DNA of 63,571 bases, filler included, from Craspedostauros australis (Eukaryota): NCBI GenBank assembly GCA_030167865.1. It is 12 parts of 12 records of this genome, joined end to end, with 100 filler letters (N's around TTAATTAATTAA, not from the genome) between each part and the next. Parts side by side here need not be neighbours in the genome. Positions count along the whole stretch, not along the records: positions 55,909 to 63,571 come from JALAGF010005502.1; 11 more parts are not named here. One strand, written 5' to 3'. Under the pieces are notes generated by a model, which saw only the letters and a list, made by a program, of their open reading frames with translations, had not been told where the DNA came from and made no database searches. The translations under genes were made by a program, and so were the position numbers. This document shows, in pieces, positions 62,400 to 63,571 of the stretch (within the stretch, counting starts at the first letter, position 1; each line of letters begins with the position of its first letter).

Positions 62400-63571
62400 A
62401 TGATGAAGTGAATCACCTGCATCACCTTCTATACCACATGCACACTTGCCATCGTCTTTTCACTGCATGCACATGGAAGTGTTGAGCCAATGAGTGACTT
62501 GGAATGTGTGACACAGCAGTGGAGTGATTGCCATTTCCACTTTGCACCATCACCATCACTCCAATGAATTGACTTGCCCAGTACCCTTGTCTTCATCCAT
62601 AACCTTGCACAACTCCATCATGGGCATTGCAATGTACTCATCATCAAATCTGTGGTTCATTGTTCCACCATGACAGAGGGCATGGATGTCTCCCATCAGC
62701 TGAGGCTTCCAAAACAACTTGTTGGAGTCTCCATGGGTAAACAACAAATGTGTGTCTTCAGCGACCATCCTCATTGTTGCTTGCTGCATGCATGTGCAAA
62801 ATCAAGCAGAGTGCAGCCCTGGCTGCTTGTTGCCTTGTTGATATCACCTCTTTCATTCTGCTTCTTTCATTTCTTCATTGCTGTCAGATCACCAGTGCTG
62901 GAAGCAGCAAAGAGTTGCTTGTTTGAGACATCTGGCATGTTGAGATGGTGTTTGATAGCTGTCAAGAGGTTGCTGGACAGGCATCAGATGATTGGATGAT
63001 TGTTTGATTGGTTGAATGGTATCGCATGGTTGAATGGTTGGATGTTGTATGGTATCTCATGGTGCCTCTTGGCATGGTATGAGCATGGACTCATGCCATT
63101 CACAGCTCATCGAGGAGGACCGTCAACATGGAATGCAGATCCTTGTTGTGTCCAGGTCTGAGTTGTGTGGAGTGTTGGGTACGAACGAAACTAGATGAGA
63201 CGAAGTGGAACAGAGGAAGAGGTGCCGATCTGGACATGTTGAGAAAAGGGTATCCATGACTGGTGGGACCACCAAAGTCGACGGAACGTGGGTGTGATGT
63301 GTGCGGAAAAACAAGGAATGAGAACCATCCTTCGTTGACAACACACTAGTCACAGTCAAGTTAGAGGTATGCGAACAACTCGGAATCCAAACACGGAAAT
63401 GGCCAACACGAAGATCTATGACCCGGGTTCAACAGGATCGATGGATATTCCCCGATGATTCCAAATTGCTGCCTCTTAAACTTCACTCATCGATAGCCCT
63501 ATATGTGAGGACCCTACACAACCCTCAAGACCCCCCCTATCTCCTTTAGTTCAGAAGTTATTTTAATTTTA

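Overview
Eukaryotic, almost certainly diatom, draft-genome sequence. The basis is GT-AG introns, DUF6824 and sulfotransferase-like families typical of diatoms, and Copia elements. It is not one locus: eleven artificial N44-TTAATTAATTAA-N44 linkers join 12 unrelated scaffolds, and many 50-N gaps are flanked by re-assembled overlapping sequence. Host genes: a 3-exon CRAL-TRIO-like + 2xDUF6824 gene, a type II membrane sulfotransferase-like gene, a secreted Cys-rich repeat protein, a BCS1-like AAA ATPase, an RNI-like LRR protein, 5' fragments of a FAAL-type adenylating enzyme and an AAA/STAND-like protein, and several disrupted genes. Mobile DNA dominates: three Copia pol regions, a Copia gag, a piggyBac-like transposase, a Harbinger-like non-autonomous element nested in a Copia RNase H, and a family of ~700-bp TG..CA elements. 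The most unusual signals are (1) an LTR-like unit with non-canonical TAATAGAGC..GCTCTATTA ends, preceded by a polypurine tract and a ~600-aa orphan ORF in the env position, (2) a Copia primer-binding site matching the anticodon arm of tRNA-Lys(CUU), i.e. probable half-tRNA-Lys priming, and (3) a ~360-aa extra region with a Cys4 motif between Gag knuckle and protease of a Copia.
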